Shown here piece by piece: positions 31,138 through 42,193 of a DNA stretch of 64,000 nt (within the stretch, counting starts at the first letter, position 1; the number at the start of each line of letters is the position of its first letter). Made by a program: the position numbers and the translations under genes. The notes beneath the pieces are model-generated. The model was not told where the DNA came from. It saw only the letters and a program-made list of their open reading frames with translations, and searched no databases. Source of the DNA: Bacteroidia bacterium (GTDB taxonomy: Bacteria > Bacteroidota > Bacteroidia > M30B66); NCBI GenBank assembly GCA_965279035.1, contig OZ257142.1, positions 1,248,001 through 1,312,000 on the forward strand, read 5' to 3'.

Positions 31138-31860
31138 TTATTTTATTCCTGTGTACAGACTTACGATTCCGAAAGTTACACGCTTTGCTTGCAATCCTTT
31201 GAAACCACTATTCTTAGCAATGGAAAGAAATTGATCTCCTTCGGGAAATGCATTAACCGATTCGTATAAATAACGATAGGCTGCATTGTCTTTCGAAACC
31301 ACTTTCCCCCACCAAGGGCAAAAGTACCTGAAATAGAAATCATAAAGTTGCCTAATTGGAAAAATTCTTGGACGAGAAAATTCAAGAATCACCACTTTAC
31401 CTCCTGGTTTCATTACGCGTTGCATTTCGTCCAATCCTTTACTTAATGTTTCAAAATTTCGAACACCAAATGCAACGGTAATAACATCAAACGTATTCGA
31501 TTCAAAGGGTAGGTTTTCTGAATCTCCTTGCTGCAATTGAATTAATTCCTCTAAACCATTCTTCTTCACTTTAATTCTTCCAACAGCCAACATCCCTTCC
31601 GAAATATCTACTCCAACAATTGCTTTAGGTTTTAGTTTACTTGCTGCGATCGCAACATCTGCTGTACCTGTTGCAATATCTAAAAGCTTTTCAATGTGAA
31701 GTCCTTTTAATTCCTTCATCATTTTCTTTCTCCACCAAATATCAATACCAAAGGAAAGTGATCGATTTAAAAAGTCATACTTGGAAGAAATGTTATCAAA
31801 CATCTGTTCCACTTGTTTTTTCTTTGTCTCTGATGAGCCTTCGTATGGGGTAACTTTCAT
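31138..31860 (-). CDS. ubiE: Demethylmenaquinone methyltransferase (UbiE/MenG)
   Basis: MFDNIS..YD, LDIATGTAD, AFGVRNF, YRYLYESV; ATG 31860 preferred over 31875. Confidence 0.94.
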   Translation of the reverse strand: MKVTPYEGSSETKKKQVEQMFDNISSKYDFLNRSLSFGIDIWWRKKMMKELKGLHIEKLLDIATGTADVAIAASKLKPKAIVGVDISEGMLAVGRIKVKKNGLEELIQLQQGDSENLPFESNTFDVITVAFGVRNFETLSKGLDEMQRVMKPGGKVVILEFSRPRIFPIRQLYDFYFRYFCPWWGKVVSKDNAAYRYLYESVNAFPEGDQFLSIAKNSGFKGLQAKRVTFGIVSLYTGIK

Positions 31861-31905
31861 GGTGAAGTGAAACATCGCCGGAGCGTGCTTTGTTCTTTGA
31901 AATTC

Positions 31906-32910
31906 TTATTCCGGGATTTTCTTTAATTCGACCAATGCTTCGGAAAATAGTGAAGCCGCATCAACTGGAACAACGCCAGGTTTTTCGCATACACTTCCTC
32001 CAGCAAGATTCGCAATAAATGCACTCGTTTTCATATCCGCTCCAGCTGCCATGCAAAGTGCAGCTGTACTTATTACCGTATCTCCCGCTCCGCTAACATC
32101 CGAAATTGTTACAGGTCTTGAGGATACTTGAATAATCTCACTTCCATTACTTGCAAACATTCCATATTCCGAAAGTGTAATCAAACTCCATTGATGTTGC
32201 AATTCTTTTCGTAATAATTGATCTGCATTCTTTAATGATTCCAACGATTTAGGATCTACTTCTATCTTCAAACCTTCTCGAATTTCTTTCAAGTTAGGTT
32301 TGAATAAATCCACATTTCCATAGGAAAGAAAATTACGTTTCTTCGGATCCACCGCCACAAAAATTTTCTTTTCTCGAGCAATTGAAACAATCGATTTTAT
32401 TATGGTTTCGGAGATAAGTCCTTTGTCATAATCTTCAAAAATGATCACATCAAATTCTTCTAGTTCAATCAGAGATTTCAGATGTTCCTCCAATTTTTTA
32501 GATTCATTATCGGGTAACAATTGATCATCTTCCTCATCCACACGTAATAACTGATGCTGATTCCCAATAATTCTGGTCTTTACTGTTGTTGGTCTATTTA
32601 CTTGAAGTATTCCTTTCTGAGTTAATCCTTCTTGTTCTAATAAACCTAAAAAAGTATCGCCATCTCGATCATTTCCAATAACAGATGCTAAAACCGCTTT
32701 TGCTCCTAAAGCTTGAATATTCAAAGCAACATTAGCTGCGCCTCCTAAACGATGTTCTTTTCTTTGAACAGCAACCACTGCTACAGGTGCTTCTGGAGAA
32801 ATTCGATCTACTTTTCCCCAAACATAACTATCCACCATCACATCCCCAATGATGAGTACACGTTGTTTTTGGAAACATTCGAAAATCCGCTGAAGTTCCT
32901 GTTGGTTCAT
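31906..32910 (-). CDS. rfaE1: Heptose-7-phosphate kinase (RfaE domain I, PfkB family)
   Basis: IGDVMVD, RISPEAPV, LGGAANVA, PNLKE, DVSGAGDT. Confidence 0.88.
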   Translation of the reverse strand: MNQQELQRIFECFQKQRVLIIGDVMVDSYVWGKVDRISPEAPVAVVAVQRKEHRLGGAANVALNIQALGAKAVLASVIGNDRDGDTFLGLLEQEGLTQKGILQVNRPTTVKTRIIGNQHQLLRVDEEDDQLLPDNESKKLEEHLKSLIELEEFDVIIFEDYDKGLISETIIKSIVSIAREKKIFVAVDPKKRNFLSYGNVDLFKPNLKEIREGLKIEVDPKSLESLKNADQLLRKELQHQWSLITLSEYGMFASNGSEIIQVSSRPVTISDVSGAGDTVISTAALCMAAGADMKTSAFIANLAGGSVCEKPGVVPVDAASLFSEALVELKKIPE

Positions 32911-34103
32911 GCTTCTAAACTTTCAAGTCCTGCTTTTAAACGTTTAACCGATTCAATGATGATTTCCTCTGAAGTAGCATAGGATAATCGAATGGATTTA
33001 TCACAACCAAAAGCCTCTCCTCCAACTGTTGCCAAATGAAATTGATTGATGAGATACATGGTAAGCTCGATACTCGTATTAATTTGCTGCCCATTTCCTT
33101 TCTTGCCTAAAAATGCAGAAACATCAGGGAAAAAATAAAAGGCTCCTTCAGGTTCATTTACTTTCAATCCTGTAATCTCGCGCAACAATCCAAGCATTAA
33201 ATCTCGTCGTTTATGAAAGCCTTCCACCATCGGTTGAATTACTTTTGGATCAGCATTTAATGCGGCGATTGCTGCTCTTTGAGTGATGGTACAGGTTCCT
33301 GAAGTGATTTGGCCTTGAAATTTATCACATGCATCGGCAATCCATTTGGGAGCACCAATATATCCTAAACGCCAACCGGTCATAGCAAAACTTTTCGATA
33401 AGCCATTCACAGTTACTACCCGTTCTTTCATGTTAGGCAAAGAGGCGATACTACAGTGTTTTCCCTTAAAACGGATATGCTCATAAATTTCATCCGAAAT
33501 AATAATTACTTCTGGATAGTCTTGAAAAAATGAAGCTATCGATTCTAATTCTTGTCGCGAATAAACCGATCCTGTTGGATTACATGGAGATGAGAATATC
33601 ATCATCCTCGTTTTATCCGAAATAGATGGTCGAAGTTGATCTGGTGTTACTTTAAAATCCTGCTCAATTCCAGCATAAATCACCTTAGGAATTCCTCCTG
33701 CAAGTTTAATAATCTCAATATAACTCACCCAATAAGGTGCAGGTAATAAAACCTCGTCGCCTGGATTTATTAAACTCAAAATCGCATTCGCAATTGATTG
33801 TTTAGCTCCTGTAGAAACTACAATCTGATCGGGGGCATATTCAATAGCATTATCTCTTTTAAATTTCAACGAAACCGCTTCTCGAAGTTCTGGATATCCA
33901 GCAACTGGAGGATAATGCGTAAAATTTTCATCTATAGCTTTTTTAGCTGCTTCCTTTATGAACATTGGAGTGTCATAATCGGGTTCACCAAGGCTAAGAC
34001 TAATAACATCTATTCCTTGTGCTTTTAATTCCCTTGTTCGGCGCGCCATTGCCAGAGTCTCAGACTCACTGAGTACCATTAGCCTATTGGATACACGGTT
34101 CAT
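32907..34103 (-). CDS. Class I PLP aminotransferase (aspartate aminotransferase-like)
   Basis: GEPDY, STGAKQ, PCNPTG, SDEIY, SKSFAMTGWRLG. Confidence 0.93.
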   Translation of the reverse strand: MNRVSNRLMVLSESETLAMARRTRELKAQGIDVISLSLGEPDYDTPMFIKEAAKKAIDENFTHYPPVAGYPELREAVSLKFKRDNAIEYAPDQIVVSTGAKQSIANAILSLINPGDEVLLPAPYWVSYIEIIKLAGGIPKVIYAGIEQDFKVTPDQLRPSISDKTRMMIFSSPCNPTGSVYSRQELESIASFFQDYPEVIIISDEIYEHIRFKGKHCSIASLPNMKERVVTVNGLSKSFAMTGWRLGYIGAPKWIADACDKFQGQITSGTCTITQRAAIAALNADPKVIQPMVEGFHKRRDLMLGLLREITGLKVNEPEGAFYFFPDVSAFLGKKGNGQQINTSIELTMYLINQFHLATVGGEAFGCDKSIRLSYATSEEIIIESVKRLKAGLESLEA

Positions 34104-34213
34104 TTTGTGTTGATTTTGGCCTGCGAAACTACGTGAATTTTTAGAATCGAAAGGAATCGAGTAATATTGCAGCCCGGTTGCAGTTTACAGAAAAGTCCGG
34201 TACCCTTCTGCCA

Positions 34214-35146
34214 ATGCGCATTTCGGCTTCAATTAGCTCTATTCAACAACGACAAATTCCTTCTACAGTTAATCAACTAGATGAAGCAGGTGTCAACTTT
34301 TACCATTTGGATAGTGTTGAAAACCGGGAGATATTCACTTTTGCGAAAATGCTTGGAGGTTTAACTAAAACCCCCATGGATCTTCATCTCATCACTTCTG
34401 ATCCAGTTAAATATTGGGATGAAATAAGAAATTCAGGTATCATTTCTACGGTCATTCAATTAGAATCATTGCATTCTACGCTTTTCGTACCAGTAGATCT
34501 TCGTGGAAAAGTTGGCCTTGCAATACTTTCCTCTAGCTCACCCGAATTATTTCGTCCTTACGAGAAAGTAGCTTCTTGTCTTTTAATCATGACTACAACT
34601 CCCGGTTATAGTGGCGGGAAATTTCAAAAAGAACAATTCGCTAACATCATTCGGTTTCGCATACTTTATCCAAGAACTCCATTAATTGTTGATGGTGGTG
34701 TGAATGCAGATGTAGCATCAGTTTTACAACTTTTAGGAATTGAGCAAGTTGTTTCTGGATCCTACCTTTTTTCTGGAGAATCGATTCATGAAACAGTGAA
34801 TAATCTTCGTGAAGAACCAATAAAAGACCAACGTTTAGTTGATATTCTTCTTGCTGAACCAGAAATCCTTTCTAATCTCGATTTGAGACTACCCGAAATG
34901 ATTCATTTCATCAATGAACAAGGAGTGATATCCAAACGTTTAATTCCCGATTCTTGGCTTTCTTCCATTGGTGCTAAAACGGTCGCTATGCATTTTAGTC
35001 CTTTCCCTGTTATCTGGGCCGATGAACGTTTATCGCTCAATACCTTAAACACAATTCTGCCTTCTTTGTCTGAACAACCTCATATTGTCATTACAATCAA
35101 TGAAGCGGAAGAAGTTTCCGGGTTGATTTGTTTGACTTCATATTAA
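34214..35146 (+). CDS. Divergent ribulose-phosphate 3-epimerase-fold protein with degenerate CBS-like C-terminus
   Basis: MRISASI, HLD, DLH, MTTTPGYSGGKF, VDGGVN, VSGSYLF; ~105 aa tail ending TINEAEEVSGLI; start moved to ATG 34214. Confidence 0.75.
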   Translation: MRISASISSIQQRQIPSTVNQLDEAGVNFYHLDSVENREIFTFAKMLGGLTKTPMDLHLITSDPVKYWDEIRNSGIISTVIQLESLHSTLFVPVDLRGKVGLAILSSSSPELFRPYEKVASCLLIMTTTPGYSGGKFQKEQFANIIRFRILYPRTPLIVDGGVNADVASVLQLLGIEQVVSGSYLFSGESIHETVNNLREEPIKDQRLVDILLAEPEILSNLDLRLPEMIHFINEQGVISKRLIPDSWLSSIGAKTVAMHFSPFPVIWADERLSLNTLNTILPSLSEQPHIVITINEAEEVSGLICLTSY

Positions 35147-35152
35147 CTTCCT

Positions 35153-36151
35153 ATGATTCTTCATTTACAACATACGCTTTCAACATATAAAACAGCCGAA
35201 CTTGCTTTAAAACACCAAGCTGTTTTTTATTCAAATAAGGAGAATATCATATTTGTCCTACCTTCAGCAATTAAGTCGGTTCCCGAAGAATTAAAACCCT
35301 TTACTGAAGAGTCTTGGGTTACTGATTCGGATATTCAACTCGCTTCAAAATCGTATCGGAAAAATATACGTGAAGTTCGTTGGGGCAATACCGTTATTGG
35401 TGGTGATTCTAGATCAACAGTGATGATTGCTGGCCCTTGTTCCGTTGAATCAGAAGAACAACTCGAATCAACAGCATCGCTTCTCAATGAATTGAATATT
35501 AAAAACATGAGAGCCGGAGCATTCAAACCAAGAACATCGCCTTATTCATTTCAAGGAATGGGTGAAGATGGTTTGAAATTATTGGCTAAAATGCGTGAAA
35601 AATATGGGTTTTCTATTGTTACTGAAGTTCGCGATGCTACCAATGTAGAAGCCATTATCGAATATGCAGATGTGATTCAAATTGGTGCCAAATCAATGTA
35701 TGATCATGGAATTTTACGTCGTTGTGGAAAAGCAAATAAACCCGTTTTACTTAAGCGTGGATTCGGTTCTACGTTACAAGAGTTTGTTCAATGTGCTGAA
35801 TTTATTCTCTCTGGAGGAAATGAAAATGTGATGCTTTGTGAACGTGGAATAAGAACCTTCGAAACGAAAACACGCTTTACCCTCGATTTATGTGGTGTTT
35901 CATATCTGAAAGAATACACAAATCTTCCTGTTGTTTTAGATCCTAGTCATGCAATGGGTTATGCATACGGAGTCGCTGATCTTTCTCGTGCATGTATCGC
36001 CATGGGAATTGATGGACTTCTTGTAGAAACTCATCCAAATCCTAAAGTCGCGAAATCGGATGCCTCGCAACAATTAAATCATGATGAGTTCAGAGCATTA
36101 ATGCAAACGCTTAACCCTGTAGCTCTAGCTGTAGGATATAAAATGGTATAA
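35153..36151 (+). CDS. Type I-beta DAH7P synthase-like aldolase
   Basis: IAGPCSVE, FKPRTSPYSFQG, LKRG, CERGIRTF, DPSH, ETHP, SD; ~65 aa N-terminal domain. Confidence 0.88.
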   Translation: MILHLQHTLSTYKTAELALKHQAVFYSNKENIIFVLPSAIKSVPEELKPFTEESWVTDSDIQLASKSYRKNIREVRWGNTVIGGDSRSTVMIAGPCSVESEEQLESTASLLNELNIKNMRAGAFKPRTSPYSFQGMGEDGLKLLAKMREKYGFSIVTEVRDATNVEAIIEYADVIQIGAKSMYDHGILRRCGKANKPVLLKRGFGSTLQEFVQCAEFILSGGNENVMLCERGIRTFETKTRFTLDLCGVSYLKEYTNLPVVLDPSHAMGYAYGVADLSRACIAMGIDGLLVETHPNPKVAKSDASQQLNHDEFRALMQTLNPVALAVGYKMV

Positions 36152-36840
36152 TGAATCTTCTTAAAAAAAATACTGCTTTTTTACTTCAAAATTCAACTCA
36201 TTCATCATTCATTAGCAATGCGTTAAAAGAGAAGTTGCATCTTTATGTGAATGGCTCTACTGATCTTATATCACCTGAAGTTTTAACAGAAATTTCGGCT
36301 GAAATAGGATGGCTTATTGATACGCTCATTCAAGAAGATATCTCAACTCAATCGCTCGTTCCGAGTGAAATTAAAATGCTCGTGTTCGATGTTGATGGTG
36401 TGATGACCGATGCTGGAATGTATTATTCAGAATCGGGTGATGAGTTTAAGAAATTCAATGCACGCGATGGACTTGCAATTCGAGAATTAAATAAAAGTGG
36501 TTGGCTTACAGGAATAATCAGCCATGGAATAAATATTAATTTGATTCAACGTCGTGCCGATTTATTGGGAATTCAACACGTATATGCTGGAAATAAACCA
36601 AAAACAGATGTCTTGGCCGATTGGTGTAATCAACTGGGATTAACTTTTTCTCAAATAGGGTACATCGGTGATGATATAAACGATCTACCAATCATACGGA
36701 TAGTTGGCTTTTCTGCTTGCCCCGCAGATGCAGCGAATGAAGTAAAAAAGGAAGTCAATCTTGTTCTCTCCACCAAAGGGGGTGAAGGGGCAATTCGTGA
36801 ATGGATTGATCGTTGTTTTTCTAAATCAGCCTCCATTTAA
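36151..36840 (+). CDS. KdsC-family HAD phosphatase with N-terminal XRE-HTH-like extension
   Basis: FDVDGVMTD, KFNARDG, GDDIND, ACPADA, GGEGAIRE; TAATG-coupled to the upstream gene. Confidence 0.87.
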   Translation: MNLLKKNTAFLLQNSTHSSFISNALKEKLHLYVNGSTDLISPEVLTEISAEIGWLIDTLIQEDISTQSLVPSEIKMLVFDVDGVMTDAGMYYSESGDEFKKFNARDGLAIRELNKSGWLTGIISHGININLIQRRADLLGIQHVYAGNKPKTDVLADWCNQLGLTFSQIGYIGDDINDLPIIRIVGFSACPADAANEVKKEVNLVLSTKGGEGAIREWIDRCFSKSASI

Positions 36841-36870
36841 TAACACATTTCAAAGCAATACTAACCTTTT

Positions 36871-36878
36871 TACCTTTG
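36871..36878 (+). promoter_or_regulatory. -7 promoter element (TACCTTTG) of hemE
   Basis: Exact TAnnTTTG ending 4 nt before the ATG. Confidence 0.65.
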
Positions 36879-36882
36879 CAGT

Positions 36883-37917
36883 ATGCAATTGAAAAATGAT
36901 ATAATTCTACGAGCTGCTCGAGGTGAGAAAACAGAAAGAACTCCTGTTTGGCTTATGCGTCAAGCTGGACGAATTTTACCTGAATACAGAGAAGTTCGAT
37001 CTCGCGTTAGTGGTTTTATTGAACTAGTTGAAACACCCGAATTAGCAGCAGAAGTAACAATCCAACCAGTTGATATTTTAGGTGTTGATGCAGCCATTAT
37101 CTTTTCTGATATTTTGGTTATCCCTCAAGCAATGGGTTGTCCTTATAAAATGATTGAGCAAAAAGGGCCTTGGTTTGAACAAACAATTCGGAATCAAAAC
37201 GATTTCAAAAAGCTCCATATTGCTCGGCCTGAAGAAGATCTCAATTTCGTACTTGAAGCAATCAGAATTACTAAGAAAGAATTAAACGGTCGAGTTCCTT
37301 TGATTGGTTTTGCTGGTGCCCCATGGACAATTTTCGCTTATATGACAGAAGGTTCAGGATCTAAAACATTCTCAATAGCTAGGAAGTTATTATACACCGA
37401 TCCTAAATTTTCGGAGCAATTGCTTGAAATGATTACAACAAGCACAATTGCCTATCTGAAAGCACAAATACACGCAGGAGCTGATATGGTTCAGCTTTTC
37501 GACTCTTGGGCAGGAATATTATCACCAGAGCAATATGAACGGTTTTCTCTTCGCTATATCAGTCGAATTTGTGATCAAATAACAGAAGTTCCTGTTACTG
37601 TTTTTGCCAAAGGGGCATTTTTCGCTCGAAGCCAAATGAGTAAACTTTCGTGCAGAACAATTGGCCTTGATTGGAATATGGATATTTCAGAATCTAGAAA
37701 CCTAATTGGTCATGACAAAACCTTGCAAGGAAATTTAGATCCCTGTCTTTTATATAGTGACTTTGATACTATAAAAATTGCAACAGAAAATATGTTAAAG
37801 CAATTTGGACCTACTAAACACATTGCAAATTTGGGACACGGACTATATCCAGATACAAATCCTGAAGCGGTTAAAGTATTCATCGAAACTGTGAAAAATT
37901 ATAAATTCCAGAATTAG
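36883..37917 (+). CDS. hemE: Uroporphyrinogen decarboxylase
   Basis: [34 protein letters not shown]. Confidence 0.97.
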   Translation: MQLKNDIILRAARGEKTERTPVWLMRQAGRILPEYREVRSRVSGFIELVETPELAAEVTIQPVDILGVDAAIIFSDILVIPQAMGCPYKMIEQKGPWFEQTIRNQNDFKKLHIARPEEDLNFVLEAIRITKKELNGRVPLIGFAGAPWTIFAYMTEGSGSKTFSIARKLLYTDPKFSEQLLEMITTSTIAYLKAQIHAGADMVQLFDSWAGILSPEQYERFSLRYISRICDQITEVPVTVFAKGAFFARSQMSKLSCRTIGLDWNMDISESRNLIGHDKTLQGNLDPCLLYSDFDTIKIATENMLKQFGPTKHIANLGHGLYPDTNPEAVKVFIETVKNYKFQN

Positions 37918-37934
37918 ATATTCATCATTTTATA

Positions 37935-38699
37935 TTGAACACATTGAATAGCATTAAATCTGATAGCCTAGTTATTATTCCAACATACAATGAACGTGAA
38001 AACGTTGAACGTATGATTAGGAAAGTAATGTCCTTAGACAAACAATTTGATCTCCTCATAATTGATGATGGTTCTCCAGATGGTACAGCTGATATTGTTA
38101 AAAGATTAATGATCGAATTTAAAGGACGACTTTTTATTGAAGAAAGAGCTGGAAAACTAGGGCTTGGAACTGCCTACATTCATGGATTTAGATGGGCATT
38201 AAAACATGATTATCTCTTCATTTTTGAAATGGATTGCGATTTTTCCCACAATCCTGAAGACTTAATTCGACTTTATAATTGTTGCCATATTGATGAGGCT
38301 GATTTGGCTATTGGATCACGTTACATAAACGGTGTAAACGTTGTGAACTGGCCAATGAAAAGAGTTTTAATGTCGTATTATGCTTCTGCCTATGTTCGCA
38401 TCATTACTCGAATGAAAATTCGAGATACAACCGCAGGCTTTAAATGCTATAAAAGAAATGTGCTTGAAACATTAGAATTGGATAAAATCCGATTTATGGG
38501 CTATGCTTTTCAAATTGAAATGAAGTTTACTGCATGGAAATGCGGATTTATTATCAAAGAAGTACCAATAATTTTTTATGATCGAACCGAAGGTCAATCT
38601 AAAATGTCGGGTACTATTTTTAGAGAAGCAATTTTGGGAGTTATTGAAATGAAACTGAAAAGTTGGTTTAGAAAATTTCCACAGTCTAAAACCGCATAG
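37935..38699 (+). CDS. Polyprenol-monophosphomannose synthase-like GT2
   Basis: IIPTYNE, DDGSPDGT, GLGTAY, MDCDFSHNP, GSRY. Confidence 0.9.
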   Translation: MNTLNSIKSDSLVIIPTYNERENVERMIRKVMSLDKQFDLLIIDDGSPDGTADIVKRLMIEFKGRLFIEERAGKLGLGTAYIHGFRWALKHDYLFIFEMDCDFSHNPEDLIRLYNCCHIDEADLAIGSRYINGVNVVNWPMKRVLMSYYASAYVRIITRMKIRDTTAGFKCYKRNVLETLELDKIRFMGYAFQIEMKFTAWKCGFIIKEVPIIFYDRTEGQSKMSGTIFREAILGVIEMKLKSWFRKFPQSKTA

Positions 38700-38773
38700 T
38701 TCAATACACAGCATAGTTCTCAACAGACGATAATGAGACTATTCTTAATAAAGAGCCCATTTCATAGGAATAA

Positions 38774-40471
<1,698 letters not shown>

Positions 40472-40481
40472 TCTCTTTGAT

Positions 40482-40521
40482 AAAAAAAAGCCCTGTTCTT
40501 TATAGGAAACAGGGCTTTTTT
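40482..40521. terminator. Bidirectional intrinsic terminator
   Basis: AAAAAAAAGCCCTGTT / AACAGGGCTTTTTT between convergent pyrG and pckA. Confidence 0.88.
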
Positions 40522-40537
40522 CAGCATTTATTGTGAA

Positions 40538-42157
40538 TTAAACTTCAGATGTAACTTTCGATTTTGGTGAAGCGGCCATTATTTCTTCATTGGCAAAATC
40601 GGCATATTGAGTAAAATTCTTCACAAATTTATCGGCAAGTTCAGCTGCTTTTTGGTCAAACATTTCCTTATTTGGCCAAGCATTTCTTGGATATAATAGC
40701 TCAGACGGAACATCTGGACAGGATACAGGTGTTTTTAACCCAAAGAATGGTGTTTCTTTATATTCAATGGTATTAAGCTCTCCTTTAAGAGCAGCAGAAA
40801 TCATAGCTCTTGTGTATTTGAGTTTAATTCTAGAGCCAATTCCATATGGACCACCGCACCAGCCAGTATTAATTAACCAAACATTTACATCTGACTCTTT
40901 TAATTTTTTGCCCAATAGTTCTGCATATCGAGTAGGATGTAGAGGTAAAAATGCCTTTCCAAAACATGCTGAGAAAGTAACTTGTGGTTCAGTTATTCCG
41001 ACCTCAGTTCCAGCTACTTTTGCAGTGTAACCAGAAATGAAATGGTACATCGCTTGGGCAGGACTTAATTTTGAAATTGGAGGTAAAACACCAAAAGCAT
41101 CTGCTGTTAAAAAGAAAATGTTCTTTGGAACATCTCCAATTGAAGGCTGCATAATATTGTCTATAAGCTCAATCGGGTATGCAACTCGAGTATTCTCGGT
41201 TTTTTTAATATCGGAAAAATCAACTGTTCTAGTTCCTTCGAAATAATTGATGTTTTCTAATAAAGCTCCAAATCGAATGGCATTAAATATTTGGGGTTCT
41301 TTTTCTGCTGATAGATCAACACATTTAGCATAACAGCCGCCTTCAAAATTAAATACTGCTTTGTTTGACCAGCCATGTTCATCATCACCAATTAATTTTC
41401 TCTCAGGATCCGCAGACAATGTTGTTTTGCCTGTTCCACTTAATCCAAAAAATACTGCTGTATCTCCATCTTTCCCAACATTTGCAGAACAATGCATTGA
41501 AAGAACATTCTTTTCATGGGGAAGTATGAAATTGAGTACTGAAAAAATCCCCTTCTTAATTTCTCCTGTATACCCTGAACCACCAATTAAGATTATTTTC
41601 TTGGTAAAATTGATAATAGTGAAATTATGTTGTCGAGTTCCATCAATAGCTGGATCTGCTTTAAATCCAGGTGCATTTATAATATGCCATTCAGGCACAA
41701 ATGAACTTAATTCTTCAATAGAAGGCCTGAGAAATAGGTTGTTAGCAAATAAATTTGACCAAGGTAACTCGGTTACAACACGAATATTTAATCTGTATTC
41801 AGGATCAGCACAAGCATAACTATCACGAACATATACTTCCGCATTATTGAAATAAGCGCAAACACGATTGTATAGTTTATCAAAATCAGCTGATTCAAAT
41901 CGGTGATTTACATCTCCCCACCAAACAGCATCTTTGGTTTTTTCATCATAAACTACATATTTATCTTTGGGGGAGCGACCAGTGAATTCACCTGTGTCGA
42001 TTGCCAATGCGCCAGTGTCTGATAGAGTACCTTCTCCACTGATTAAGGTTTCTTCAACCAATTCAGCTGGACTTAAGTTCCAATGAGCCATAGCAACATG
42101 ACCAAGACCAACATCAGCCAATGACGCTGATGTGCTCTTAATGCCGGTTTCTTGCAT
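40538..42157 (-). CDS. pckA: Phosphoenolpyruvate carboxykinase (ATP)
   Basis: TGRSPKDK, GEIKK, GLSGTGKTT, IGDDEHGW, NFEGGCYAK. Confidence 0.97.
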   Translation of the reverse strand: MQETGIKSTSASLADVGLGHVAMAHWNLSPAELVEETLISGEGTLSDTGALAIDTGEFTGRSPKDKYVVYDEKTKDAVWWGDVNHRFESADFDKLYNRVCAYFNNAEVYVRDSYACADPEYRLNIRVVTELPWSNLFANNLFLRPSIEELSSFVPEWHIINAPGFKADPAIDGTRQHNFTIINFTKKIILIGGSGYTGEIKKGIFSVLNFILPHEKNVLSMHCSANVGKDGDTAVFFGLSGTGKTTLSADPERKLIGDDEHGWSNKAVFNFEGGCYAKCVDLSAEKEPQIFNAIRFGALLENINYFEGTRTVDFSDIKKTENTRVAYPIELIDNIMQPSIGDVPKNIFFLTADAFGVLPPISKLSPAQAMYHFISGYTAKVAGTEVGITEPQVTFSACFGKAFLPLHPTRYAELLGKKLKESDVNVWLINTGWCGGPYGIGSRIKLKYTRAMISAALKGELNTIEYKETPFFGLKTPVSCPDVPSELLYPRNAWPNKEMFDQKAAELADKFVKNFTQYADFANEEIMAASPKSKVTSEV

Positions 42158-42193
42158 AACAGATTTGTTTTAGGATTTGCATTTGGGATTGCA

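Noticed and set aside
40767-41819. Plus-strand ORFs of 69-152 aa over pckA, and similar short antisense ORFs over cca, guaB, gap, degP and the giant gene
   Set aside because: Shadow frames of well-conserved genes; no motifs or independent expression signals
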